A DNA stretch of 63,125 nt, counting the filler, from Guillardia theta CCMP2712 (Eukaryota; Protista; Cryptophyta), in assembly GCF_000315625.1 (NCBI RefSeq). It is 4 parts of 4 records of this genome, joined end to end, with 100 filler letters (N's around TTAATTAATTAA, not from the genome) between each part and the next. Parts side by side here need not be neighbours in the genome. Positions count along the whole stretch, not along the records: positions 30,901 to 45,541 come from NW_005434468.1; positions 45,642 to 61,423 come from NW_005434379.1; 2 more parts are not named here. One strand, written 5' to 3'. The position numbers and the translations under genes are program-made. Position 1 is the stretch's first letter, and the number at the start of each line of letters is the position of its first letter. Below the pieces are notes generated by a model that was not told the origin of the DNA, did not search any database, and saw nothing but the letters and a program-made list of their open reading frames with translations. Of the stretch, positions 41,890 through 52,467 are shown in pieces.

Positions 41890-42310
41890 CTGTTCCGGTA
41901 CGGGCTTTAAAAGTCACGGTCCGATCACGGGGTGCTACTCCGGCCGCGGGGGCCTTCACAGGCTCAAACTGGCGGCGGCCCGATCACTAGTACCCGGCCG
42001 GGTCAGTTCACTCAAAGTAATTGAAAGTTGTAGGTTTCAGTGATGCGGCCCGGATGGTGCGGCGGCCCGCCGGTTCAGGCCCGATCTGAGTGGCCCGGCG
42101 CCTCAGGCCCTCCGGGCGGTTCCGGGGCGGCCGCAGTGAACTCCGGGACTCGCCGGGCGAGCCGGACTCGTCGGCGGCAGTCACTCGGAGCGGCCACGCC
42201 GCCGGCCCGAAGTTCCAAAGTTCCCGGAAGTTCCGGGCCCGGGCAAAGTTGGAAGCCGAGTCAGAGTCACGGCGGACTCGGCGATCTCGGACTTTATAAC
42301 GGTCTGTAAC
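41890..42310. other. GC-rich, palindrome-dense intergenic island C
   Basis: CGGCCG/CCGG/GTCAC/TCCGA-rich block flanked by an AT-rich tract (41520-41880) and a TACCCC-rich tract (42360-43120). Confidence 0.6.
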
Positions 42311-42359
42311 GGGTTTTGGGGCCACGTAATTTCTGGTACCAGGCTTGCTTCGCTTGCTT

Positions 42360-43120
42360 TCTTGCTTACCCCACCAGGGGACCCCCTGGTTTACCACCCA
42401 CCCCATAAAATTGCAATGGATAAGTCGGAAGTGTTAGGGATGTGGTATTTTTACTATGAGAATAATTATACTTTATTGTGACCTTGGTTCCTTGGTTTCT
42501 CCCTTCATGCAGATACCCACCCCACCCCCCTCGAAGAACCGTTTGAAGCGAACAGAAGACACGTCCCTTCATTTACTACCCTACCCCCTCACTAACCACT
42601 TTACCACCCCCTTCATACCATCTTCCGACATCTCCTTACCACTTATTAACCACCCCCCTTTTCCATGGGTCTCATAGAGGGTCTCAAACTTCACCTACCC
42701 CTACAGGACCCATATGCTACAAGTACCCCTACATTAGCATAGGAAAGTACCCCACCCAATGCTTAGAATGCTCCAACGGTCCTTCATGATGTACCCACCT
42801 TCAGGACCGGCCCTGCCATCTATTAACGTCCAGGTACCCCCATGTGCATTACTCCCACCCCACCATACACCTAAACTTGTAACCCCTACCCCCCTTCTAG
42901 ATCTTAAAACAACCACAAACCACTCAAATACCGGTCCTTCTCAAATCAAATACCCACCCTTGGGAATAAGGAACACCTCTACCAATCCCACCCACCCCTC
43001 GATTAGACTTACACCTAAGTACCTCCAGATATGATCACCCCTACCGACGACTCACCACCCGTCGAGTTAATCCGACTACCCACTCCCTCACGCACCATGA
43101 CCCTACCCCCCCTCCCTGTA
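42360..43120. promoter_or_regulatory. TACCCC-rich upstream region of the CoADR-rhodanese gene
   Basis: Numerous TACCC(C/A) words. AGTACCCCTACATTA at 42722-42736 is identical to 53726-53740. Confidence 0.45.
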
Positions 43121-43303
43121 GTATTACGCCTCTGTATAAACCCCGTCCTGCGTCTGTTCCTCAGCTTCGTTGCTGCTCCTGCTGCATTGCGCTGTAGTTG
43201 TAGCTCACCGCGTCTTGCTCCCATCGTCCGCCCTCCCTCCTCCTCAACCACCCTCACAAGCTTCTGAGAACTTCTTCCTTCATCAAGTCAGCTAGCAGCG
43301 AAA

Positions 43304-45165
43304 ATGCCGGCGATCTTGACCCGTCCCATCATGAGCAACGCTGTCAGAACCTTGTCCAGGGTTCAGATCCGTTTCTTCAGCAGCACATCCGGTCTCTTGT
43401 CTAAGAAGATTGTCATTGTTGGTGGTGTTGCCGGCGGTGCCTCTGCAGCTGCTCGTCTCCGCAGGTTGGACGAGAACGCTACCATCACTGTCTTCGAGAA
43501 GGGACCCTTCGTGTCCTTTGCCAACTGCGGTCTCCCCTACTACGTCGGAGACGTCATCAAGGATGACAAGGATCTTGTTCTTGCAACCCCTGCTCTCTTC
43601 AAGAACCGCTACAAGATTGACGTGCGAACTCAGAACGAGGTGGTCAAGATCGACACGAAGGCCAAGACTGTGGAGGTAAAGGATGTAGCTAAGAACACGA
43701 CCTCTACCGAGAGCTACGATGCTCTCGTGCTTGCTCCTGGTGCCTTCCCCATCCGCCCTCCTCTTCCCGGCATCGACCTCCCCGGAATCTTCCTCTTGCG
43801 CACCATCCCAGACAGTATGCAGATCCGTGCTTGGATGGATCAGTACAAGATCAAGCGCGCGGTGGTTGTGGGCGGAGGCTTCATTGGCCTTGAGACCGCT
43901 GAGAACCTCGTGCATCGCGGGATTGAGGTGACCATTGTCGAGATGGGAACTCAGATCCTCCCTCCCATGGATCCAGGTGCCTCCCTCAAGTCTTCTTTCG
44001 CTTGCTTGTACTGACGCATATGGGTCGCAGAGATGGCTGAGGTCCTTCACGAGCATTGCAAGGCCAAGGGCGTCAACCTCTGCTTGGGCGATGGCGTCGC
44101 CGGCTTCTACAAGACTGACACCGGCCTTGAGGTCGCTACTCAGTCGGGCGCTCGCTACCCATGCGACGTCGCCATCCTNNNNNNNNNNNNNNNNNNNNNN
44201 NNNNNNNNNNNNNNNNNNNNNNNNNNNNNNNNNNNNNNNNNNNNNNNNNNNNNNNNNNNNNNNNNNNNNNNNNNNNNNNNNNNNNNNNNNNNNNNNNNNN
44301 NNNNNNNNNNNNNNNNNNNNNNNNNNNNNNNNNNNNNNNNNNNNNNGGTTCCCTTGGCCGGGCCTGCGAACCGTCAGGTGAGATGCGGTAGTGTGAGGTC
44401 GGGGAGGGGAAGCTGACTGGGAGTGCTCAGGGTCGCATTGCTGCCGACGTGATCAACGGGCGATCGAGCACCTTCCGTGGTGTGCAGGGCACTGCTGTGT
44501 GCGGAGTGTTCGACAAGGTGGCGGCGTCGACTGGAGCGAGCGAGAAGACGCTCAAGCGGTACGGGATCCCCTACGAGAAGGTCTACCTTCACCCCAACAA
44601 CCATGTCGGCTACTACCCCGGAGCCAAGATGATTCACTTCAAGCTTCTCTACAGCCCCAAGGACGGAAAGATCCTCGGAGCTCAGGCGATCGGAGAGGCT
44701 GGCGTGGAGAAGCGTATCGACGTCGTTGCCATGGCGATCCAGCAGGGCATGACGGTGTACGACCTGGAGGAGTCAGAGCTGTGCTACGCTCCTCAGTTCG
44801 GAGCTGCCAAGGACCCTGTCAACTTCGCTGGCTTCATCGCTTCCAACAGCCTCCGGGGCGACTCTCCGATCGTGCATTGGGACGCCATCATCAAGGGGGA
44901 GTGCGACCCCAACCACGTGCTGGTGGACGTGCGAACCAAGGAGGAGATCAACCTCGGCATGTACAAGGGCGCCAAGCACATCCCCATCGACGAGATGCGC
45001 GCGCGCATGTCCGAGCTGCCCAAGGACAAGCCCATCTACCTCTACTGCGGGGTTGGCCTGCGCGGATACAACGTGGTGCGCATGCTGAAGCAGAACGGAT
45101 ATCAGGCGTACAACGTGCCGGGAGGATGGAAGACGTACGCGTACGTGTCCAAGTGTGTCAAGTAG
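43304..45165 (+). CDS. CoA-disulfide reductase-rhodanese fusion (CoADR-RHD / NAD(P)H persulfide reductase-like) with mitochondrial-type presequence
   Basis: GGVAGG FAD site, SFANCGLPY redox Cys, GGGFIGLE NAD site, PLAGPANRQGR, CYAPQF..AKDPVN, rhodanese LYCGVGLRGY. Introns at 43977-44030 and 44378-44430. N-terminus MPAILTRPIMSNAVRTLSRVQIRFFSS is Arg/Ser-rich with no acidic residues. Confidence 0.92.
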
Positions 45166-45343
45166 ACCAGCGTCTCACCCTCTCCTTATCTGACAGAATA
45201 CAAAAAGATTTGATCCTTCTACCCTTCATCGTCTACCTCTCCCTCCCCCTTCCCTCCTGCCTCCTTCTCCTGCCCTCCCTCTCTCTTCTCCCTGCTCCTC
45301 TGGCCTGTCTTCGCCTGTCCTTGCTCTGATTGGCTCCAACACT

Positions 45344-45427
45344 TCAGCTCAGCATCCTGCGATATACCCCGCGATCTTGCCGGTCAGCCTTCGCCAGCTT
45401 CACCTTGAGCTGCAACAAGTGGACTCA
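45344..45427 (-). CDS. Terminal exon of a gene truncated at the contig joint (TPR/immunophilin-like C-terminal helix)
   Basis: VHLLQLKVKLAKADRQDRGVYRRMLS* after an intron-like pyrimidine tract. Confidence 0.25.
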
Positions 45428-45541
45428 GGTCAGAGGAGGAGGAAGGGAAAGAGAACAAGTCAATCGATGGCAAGGAAAGAAGGAGGGACAAGGACGAATG
45501 AGGAAAGGTTTACCCTCCGAATTTCTTCCTTCGCTGCTGCA

Positions 45542-45640
45542 NNNNNNNNNNNNNNNNNNNNNNNNNNNNNNNNNNNNNNNNNNNNTTAATTAATTAANNN
45601 NNNNNNNNNNNNNNNNNNNNNNNNNNNNNNNNNNNNNNNN
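45542..45640. other. Artificial contig linker (N-TTAATTAATTAA-N)
   Basis: Same six-frame-stop linker. Confidence 0.9.
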
Positions 45641-45699
45641 NAGGAGAGGAGAGGAGAGGAGAGGAGAGGAGGGGAGAGGAGGGGAGGGGAGGGGAGAGG

Positions 45700-46568
45700 C
45701 GGGAAGCTCTTGCAAGGATGTGCTCGTAGGCTGCTAGGGCTGCATGGATTTGAGTGTGGTGAAATGCGTGTGTAGCGACACAAGGGAACCAGTGAAGGAG
45801 CTCAGGCAGGCGAGCAGAGAAAGACTGTATGACTAAACCACACCACGATGATGCTGCAGCAGCAGCTGCTTCATCAGTGCTACATGAGGGAGCGCCAGTT
45901 GGTGGGATGATCGATTCTCGCCTGCAAGCGATCAGAGGGAGAGGGAAGCAACAAGGAGTTGATAAAGCTACCTGCTTCCTCTGAAGCTTCTTGCGGTTCT
46001 TCTTGCTTCCATGCCGCTGTCGCATCGCTGCTCCCTTCTCCTGCTGGACTTTCTTCAAGAGCTCTCGTGCCTGAGCCTCCATCTCCTCTAGCGACTTCAA
46101 CCGCATGCTCGCAGTCTCTCTCATCTTATTCCCTGCCGTGTTCAAGTCGTCGTGCTTCTTGACCTTTTGCTCGAGCACAGGAATCTTCTCGGCGATGTTT
46201 GAGGCTGCCGAGGAGATGCTCTTCAGCGAGCTGAAATATTTCTCTTCCCTCTTATTCTTCCTGACCGGCGGCTTCATCACATATCCTTCCTTCCTCGCAA
46301 ACTGCTCCCGTGCTTGCTTCCGTCGCCACCGCTTCTCCCCGAGAGATAATCTGCCGCCTCCGCGGACTCTCAGACAAGTACCATGAGACATGACGCCCAG
46401 CACAAGAGAGCATGCGGCCGAGCATGAGGCACTACTAGGAGTACAGGAGTCTAAGACACAGAGGAGCAGGCAAGTCATCGTCAGTTTTGAGGCGCATGGA
46501 AACATTTGACGGGAGAGGAGGAGAGGGAGATGGTGAGGATGATTGAAGCTCTTCGATGATTCTGCCAT
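45700..46568 (-). CDS. Hypothetical basic coiled-coil protein with hydrophobic N-terminal leader ending in LRVRGG (3' truncated)
   Basis: ATG 46568; ...MTCLLLCVLDSC...SLVLGVMSHGTCLRVRGG|GRLSLGEKRWRRKQAREQF..., then a Lys/Arg-rich helix. Confidence 0.55.
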
Positions 46569-46768
46569 GGTCCTTCGCGTCTCCTCATTCAACTTTCATC
46601 TCCTCCCCCTCCTCTTCTCTTCTCCCCTCCTCTTCTCTTTCATGGCCGCCTTCGGTGGGCGGATCTTGACGGAATGAGGGCGATGAAATTCATTCGAGGG
46701 ATGAGTGGGGATGAGGGTCCATTGGTTCCTCAACGTGGCAGGAAATGCAGGGGAAGGGGCGCGGGAGA

Positions 46769-47383
46769 AGAAGAGAAGTAGTATGCTGATAGAAGAGAAG
46801 TAGTATGATGATAGAAGAGAAGTAGTATGCTGATACAAGAGAAGTAGTATGCTGATACAAGAGAAGTAGTATGCTGATACAAGAGAAGTAGTATGCTGAT
46901 AGAGGAGAAGTAGTATGCTGATAGAAGAGAAGTAGTATGCTGATAGAAGAGAAGTAGTATGATGATAGAAGAGAAGTAGTATGCTGATAGAGAAGAGAAG
47001 TAGTATGCTGATAGAAGAGAAGTAGTATGCTGATAGAAGAGAAGTAGTATGCTGATAGAGAAGAGAAGTAGTATGCTGATAGAAGAGAAGTAGTATGCTG
47101 ATAGAGAAGAGAAGTAGTATGCTGATAGAAGAGAAGTAGTATGCTGATAGAAGAGAAGTAGTATGCTGATACAAGAGAAGTAGTATGCTGATACAAGAGA
47201 AGTAGTATGCTGATAGAGAAGAGAAGTAGTATGCTGAGAGAAGAGAAGTAGTATGCTGATAGAAGAGAAGTAGTATGCTGATAGAAGAGAAGTAGTATGC
47301 TGATAGAGAAGAGAAGTAGTATGCTGATAGAGAAGAGAAGTAGTATGCTGAGAGAAGAGAAGTAGTATGCTGATAGAGAAGAG
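46769..47383. repeat. Minisatellite, about 27 copies of 22/24-bp (AG)AGAAGAGAAGTAGTATGCTGAT
   Basis: Directly visible tandem array with variants (ACAAGAG, ATGATGAT, extra AG). Confidence 0.95.
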
Positions 47384-47747
47384 ATTGGAGGTGGAGGATT
47401 GTCGCAAGAAAGCGTAAGGAGTACACAACAATTGGGAAAGAGAAGTTATGATAGTGGGGAGGATTTGAAGAGTATTGAGATCGTATTGATAACGAATCGA
47501 GTGAATTGGAAAGGGAAGGAGAAACAGCTAGTTAAAGGTGCGATTGCTTCATCTTTGAGGATATTTGCCTGATACAGAACTAGAGGTCAAACTGAGAGAC
47601 AGGAGGAGAACAAAACTTGCGAGAGGACAAAGAGAAAGCTGAGGCATACCATTCACATGTTTTCAGATGTACACGCGATCAGTCTGGAGCCTTCGCTGCT
47701 GAGCTGCCTCCCTCCTCCCACGGCCGACGGTCACTGTCTGCAGCGGC

Positions 47748-50700
47748 ATGGCGATGTTGGATCCTGACGACCACGACGACCAGCGACAGGCGCTGATCGA
47801 TGAGCACAAGGGCGTAGGTGAGCACAAGCATACATGAGCGTCCGACTAGCTGACATGCCGTGAGCCAGACACGAGAAGCAGCCCTTCCTTCCCTCCTCCT
47901 CCCTCTGCTGCCGAACTCGCTCGCTCTGCAATCAAGGTTGGTGGAGCTTCGAACCTTGCAAAGCATGTCTTGTCTGCAGCTGGAGGAGGCGAAGGCAGCG
48001 ACAACGTGAGGGCGCTGGGTCGAGTTATGGAGGCGTGTGCGAGTTGCTCGTCTGAGTTCAGTCGTCTCTGTCCTCCCATCCTCTGCTCCCAGTGCTCCCG
48101 CAGCTTCTGCTATAACTGCGCATCTGAAACAGTCAAACTCCCTCACTCAAAGACCGTCTCACAGGTAACCCTCCCTCCCTCCCACACTCCCACCCATACT
48201 AACAGGGGATAGCCGTCGGTGAGAAGCTTTTCAGCATGAGGCACTCCGAAATGGTTAAAGCTCGACAATCCTTTTGTCTCGCCTCNNNNNNNNNNNNNNN
48301 NNNNNNNNNNNNNNNNNNNNNNNNNNNNNNNNNNNNNNNNNNNNNNNNNNNNNNNNNNNNNNNNNNNNNNNNNNNNNNNNNNNNNNNNNNNNNNNNNNNN
48401 NNNNNNNNNNNNNNNNNNNNNNNNNNNNNNNNNNNNNNNNNNNNNNNNNNNNNNNNNNNNNNNNNNNNNNNNNNNNNNNNNNNNNNNNNNNNNNNNNNNN
48501 NNNNNNNNNNNNNNNNNNNNNNNNNNNNNNNNNNNNNNNNNNNNNNNNNNNNNNNNNNNNNNNNNNNNNNNNNNNNNNNNNNNNNNNNNNNNNNNNNNNN
48601 NNNNNNNNNNNNNNNNNNNNNNNNNNNNNNNNNNNNNNNNNNNNNNNNNNNNNNNNNNNNNNNNNNNNNNNNNNNNNNNNNNNNNNNNNNNNNNNNNNNN
48701 NNNNNNNNNNNNNNNNNNNNNNNNNNNNNNNNNNNNNNNNNNNNNNNNNNNNNNNNNNNNNNNNNNNNNNNNNNNNNNNNNNNNNNNNNNNNNNNNNNNN
48801 NNNNNNNNNNNNNNNNNNNNNNNNNNNNNNNNNNNNNNNNNNNNNNNNNNNNNNNNNNNNNNNNNNNNNNNNNNNNNNNNNNNNNNNNNNNNNNNNNNNN
48901 NNNNNNNNNNNNNNNNNNNNNNNNNNNNNNNNNNNNNNNNNNNNNNNNNNNNNNNNNNNNNNNNNNNNNNNNNNNNNNNNNNNNNNNNNNNNNTTTCCCC
49001 TTCCTCCCCTCGCACTGAGAGCTGTCTCCCGCCTCCTCTTCCCCATTCCTCTCTGTCGCTTCCTCGTCCCTGTCTCATCTCTCTGCAGGTATGCGACGAC
49101 TGCTACTTCATCCTCCGCGACTCGGCGGGAGGGAAGGAGGCGACGTCTGTGGATGCGAGGGAGCGTCTGCTTGAGATGCTTCCTCCGCATTGGCGCGACA
49201 GCTTGTGGCCACTGCTAGACGCCAGCAGCAAGACTTTCCTTCCTCGTTTCCTTGAGACCTCCCGACTCGTCATCACCTTGGCAGCTGCAGGACACAAGAG
49301 TTCCTCTGCTCTCTGTGCCGTCGCTCTATCCCGCAGCATCATGAGCATGAGCCAACAGCCCCTAGCCTCTGCTCTCCTCGCTCCTCTCGATCAGCGCATC
49401 TGCCGTGCCCTCTCGTCGCCAACCAGGGTGAAGGAGGCGGGGCTGTGGGTCCAGCGAGGAGCAGTGCTCTGCGTAGTCTCCTCCTTCTTCCTCGCGCTGG
49501 TGTGGCAGGCGGCGTATCCCTTGTGGGAGCTGCTGGGGGTGGAGGACGCGATGGTGGAGGATGCGATGACGTTTCTGCGCATCTCGATCCTTGGAGTGAC
49601 GCAGGAGCTGTTGCTTCAGCTCGCGTCGCTGTGGATGCTTGCTCAAGGCTACTCCCTTCCCGTCTACACTGGAGCGCTCCTCTCCCTGCCCGTACACCTC
49701 CTCCTCAACCTCATCCTCGTCTACGGATGGGCTGGAGGCGTCGCAGGGGCAGCGAGCGCGAGCGTGGCGTCACGCACAGTGGAGCTGCTGTACGTGTGCG
49801 GGCATGTACTGGTGCTGCGACTGCATGATCGCTCCTTCGGGGCGCTGACGATGGATGCCTTCCTTCCTCACCCCCTGCTCATCCTCTCGCTCAAGGTTGC
49901 TGCCTCCTCTTTCCACTTCCCCTCTCCTCCCTGTCGATTCCTCCTCATCTGTCCCTGATCCTGTGCTGTCCTCAACCTCCTCATGAATTGTTCAGGCGCT
50001 TCCTCTCGCTCTCTCAGGGATGTTTCTCGCCTTCGTGTCGCAGGTCGTTCGCTTTCCCTCGTCCCTCCCTCATCTCGTTCTTCAGGTCCCGCTGCTGCTG
50101 GCGGCCACCTTAGGGTCTCAGGCTCTCATTCTCTTCATCTGCCTCGACTACCTCGCCATGATGTTCTATCAAGCTCCTTTCGCTCTTGCCGACGCCGCCC
50201 TCCTCCTCATCTCCTCCTCCCTCCGCAGGTTCCCCATCCTCTTCCTCGTTGTCTCGGTGACGTCACTGCAGGGGGGACGGGCGAGCGGCCAAGGGGACGG
50301 GCTGGCTGACGATCTTCATGTGTCTGGGGTGGGGAGTTATCGCATCGCTGTCGCTGCTGTTCATCGGAGGAGTTCTCTCCCTCTTCTTCTCCCATGACGA
50401 CCTCATCGTCGCCTCCACAGCTCACCTCCTCCCTCTTGCTGCTCTCTGGCAGACCTGGTGTGGACTAGGAGCCGCTTGCTTCTCGGTGCTGGAGGTCTGT
50501 CGCACCTCCTCCTCTTTCCTTCTCTCATCCCTCCCAGGCGTCAGGCTCGAGAAGATTCACATTGATGTTGCGACTTGCAGCAGCGTTCGTCATCACCATC
50601 CCTGTGAGGTACAGTAGAATGCGACCCCCTCCTCCTCCTCCTCCTCCTCCTCCTCCTTCTACTCCTCCTCCTCCTCGTCTTCCTCCTTTTCCTTCCTTTG

Positions 50701-51442
50701 TCTTTCTCTTCTGTTCTCTCACAGTCTTTCAGCATGATCATGATCTACTTCGCCGATGTGGCTGTCCTCGGGCTCTTCTGGTCCATGACGGTTGGACAGG
50801 TGAAAGCATCCTCTTCCTCCTCTTCTCATCGCCTCGCTCTTCCCCTTCTCTCCCTCTATCTCTTCTTCATCTCATCTGCTTGTCAGGCCATCGCTGCTTG
50901 TCGAGCATTCTACCGCATCAAGGGGATGGACTGGGCAGTCGTGGCTTCTCGGTGAGATTCCTCCCCCTTCCCTCTTCCTCCTTCTCCATCCCCTCCCTCT
51001 ACCTCCTTCTCCATCCCCCTTCCCTCTTCCTCTTTCTCCATCCCCTTCCTCCTCTCTCTCGCTCCCTTCCTTCTCACCCTCGCTGATCCGTGCGGCAAGG
51101 TTTCGTATGAAGTCCGTCCGTCTGCTCCGAAGTTTCTCGGATGAGGCGGAAGAGGAGGGAGGCAGCGGCTGGTTCGACATGGGGGGTGTGGAGGATGACG
51201 AGGGGATGCTCGCACCGGCAACGCCGAGGTCAGTCGCGAGCTGGTAGGGAAGCGTCTGACTCTCAGTCAGGTTCTCTGTCTTCGCGGATGAGGAGGAGGA
51301 GGAGGAGGAGGAGGAGGAGGATGGACATCTGCTGCAAGGAATTCACAAGCAACTGGGCCGGGAGAACGGGAGGAAGGAGGAGAGACAGGAGGATGTGAGA
51401 CTTGCTGCATCATCCGACATGTCTGACGTTGACAACAGTTGA
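47748..51442 (+). CDS. MATE-family transporter with N-terminal FYVE-like zinc finger
   Basis: ATG 47748. The exon ending 48164 (CASC..F..LCSQCSRSFCYNC...SQ) splices in phase 0 to 49089 (VCDDCY) and continues in-frame into MATE-like TMs (GLWVQRG, LLGVE..VEDAMTFLRI, VHLLLNLILVYG..GVAGAASA). Stop at 51440-51442. Confidence 0.75.
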
Positions 51443-51501
51443 TGATGGAGGAGCGAGAAAGAAACTTTCACCTTCTGACCTTCCGATGTCAATCTCAAGT
51501 G

Positions 51502-52434
51502 ATGTTGCTCCTCCTTCTCTCCTTCTCTCATCCACTCTCGCAGTTGGCTCGCTCCCTCTCCTCTGCTCTCCTTGGAACTGCCCTCGCGCAGTCACTCTCC
51601 GCTCGAGCAGAGACTTTCATACATCAGGTGGCATCCGATTCCTCGCATGCTCCTCGTCCCCCCCCTCATCCCCACTCCCTCCATCACCTCCTCCTCTTCC
51701 TTCCCCTCCTCTTGCTGACTGCTCACCAGCTTGTCGGCTTTGACGAAGAGAGCGACTGGTCATCTGCGCCAGGGGACGCGAGGCTGGGGGTAGGAGAGAA
51801 GGCGAAGGGGACGGGGAGCAAGCGGGATGAAGCGATTGAGCTCGTGCTGACGGGGGGGGACGAGCAAAGGGCGGGAGAGCAGCTTGATCCCTCCTTGTTG
51901 GATGTTGAGGAAGGGTCGCTGTTGGAAGGGTACCAGCCGCTGAACATGATGGAGGGAGAGGAGGAGAGGAAGGGACACAGCGAAGAGCAGGAGGAGCGTC
52001 TAGACTTGGGGAAACTGGAAGGAACAAACTCTCTGGAGGAGTTGGGCGACTGGGGCAGGAAGATTAGAAACGAGGATGCGGCAGGGGCAGGGGCAGGGGC
52101 AGGGGCAGGGGCAGGGTCGTGGAGGGAGCAGATGGGCTGGGGAGAAGACGAGAGCAGTGGCCAAGACTATGGGGGATGGAACGGAGAGGAAAACAAAGGA
52201 ATCGAGGAAGAAGATTTGGACAAGTGGGAGGCGAAGTTGGATGAAGAGGAGGCGGGGGATGGAGCACTTGTTCCGGCATGGGAAGGAGGGTTGACGCGGT
52301 TGACGGACGAGGATCTAGCAGCGCTCGAGAAAGAGCTTGAGGTGAGTGAGGAGGACAAGCTTCAAGGTGAAGTGACCGGGTTGAGCAGGAGGGAGGAGGC
52401 GCGTGAGGGAGGAGGCGCTGAGCTTGTAATCTAA
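51502..52434 (+). CDS. Hypothetical acidic protein, possible signal peptide
   Basis: Long E/D/G-rich ORF with hydrophobic start MLLLLLSFSH; probable intron at about 51628-51729. Confidence 0.35.
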   Translation: MLLLLLSFSHPLSQLARSLSSALLGTALAQSLSARAETFIHQVASDSSHAPRPPPHPHSLHHLLLFLPLLLLTAHQLVGFDEESDWSSAPGDARLGVGEKAKGTGSKRDEAIELVLTGGDEQRAGEQLDPSLLDVEEGSLLEGYQPLNMMEGEEERKGHSEEQEERLDLGKLEGTNSLEELGDWGRKIRNEDAAGAGAGAGAGAGSWREQMGWGEDESSGQDYGGWNGEENKGIEEEDLDKWEAKLDEEEAGDGALVPAWEGGLTRLTDEDLAALEKELEVSEEDKLQGEVTGLSRREEAREGGGAELVI

Positions 52435-52467
52435 TCTTATTCTTTAAGCTCCCGCTAGAGCACGATG

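Noticed and set aside
43292-44056. Long antisense/overlapping ORFs (for example 43292-44056 -, 16472-17377 +, 19827-20609 +, 40056-40898 -)
   Set aside because: Shadow ORFs of GC3-rich genes with clear identity on the other strand or frame.
43304-45165. Bacterial contamination as the source of the CoADR-RHD gene
   Set aside because: The gene has two GT-AG introns, a targeting-type presequence and the same TACCCC-rich upstream signature as neighbouring genes.
46769-47383. Possible CRISPR array or repeat-protein ORFs (YQHTTSLLSAYYFSSISILLL)
   Set aside because: Units are directly adjacent with no unique spacers and no cas genes, in a eukaryotic context. The ORFs are by-products of a stop-free repeat strand.
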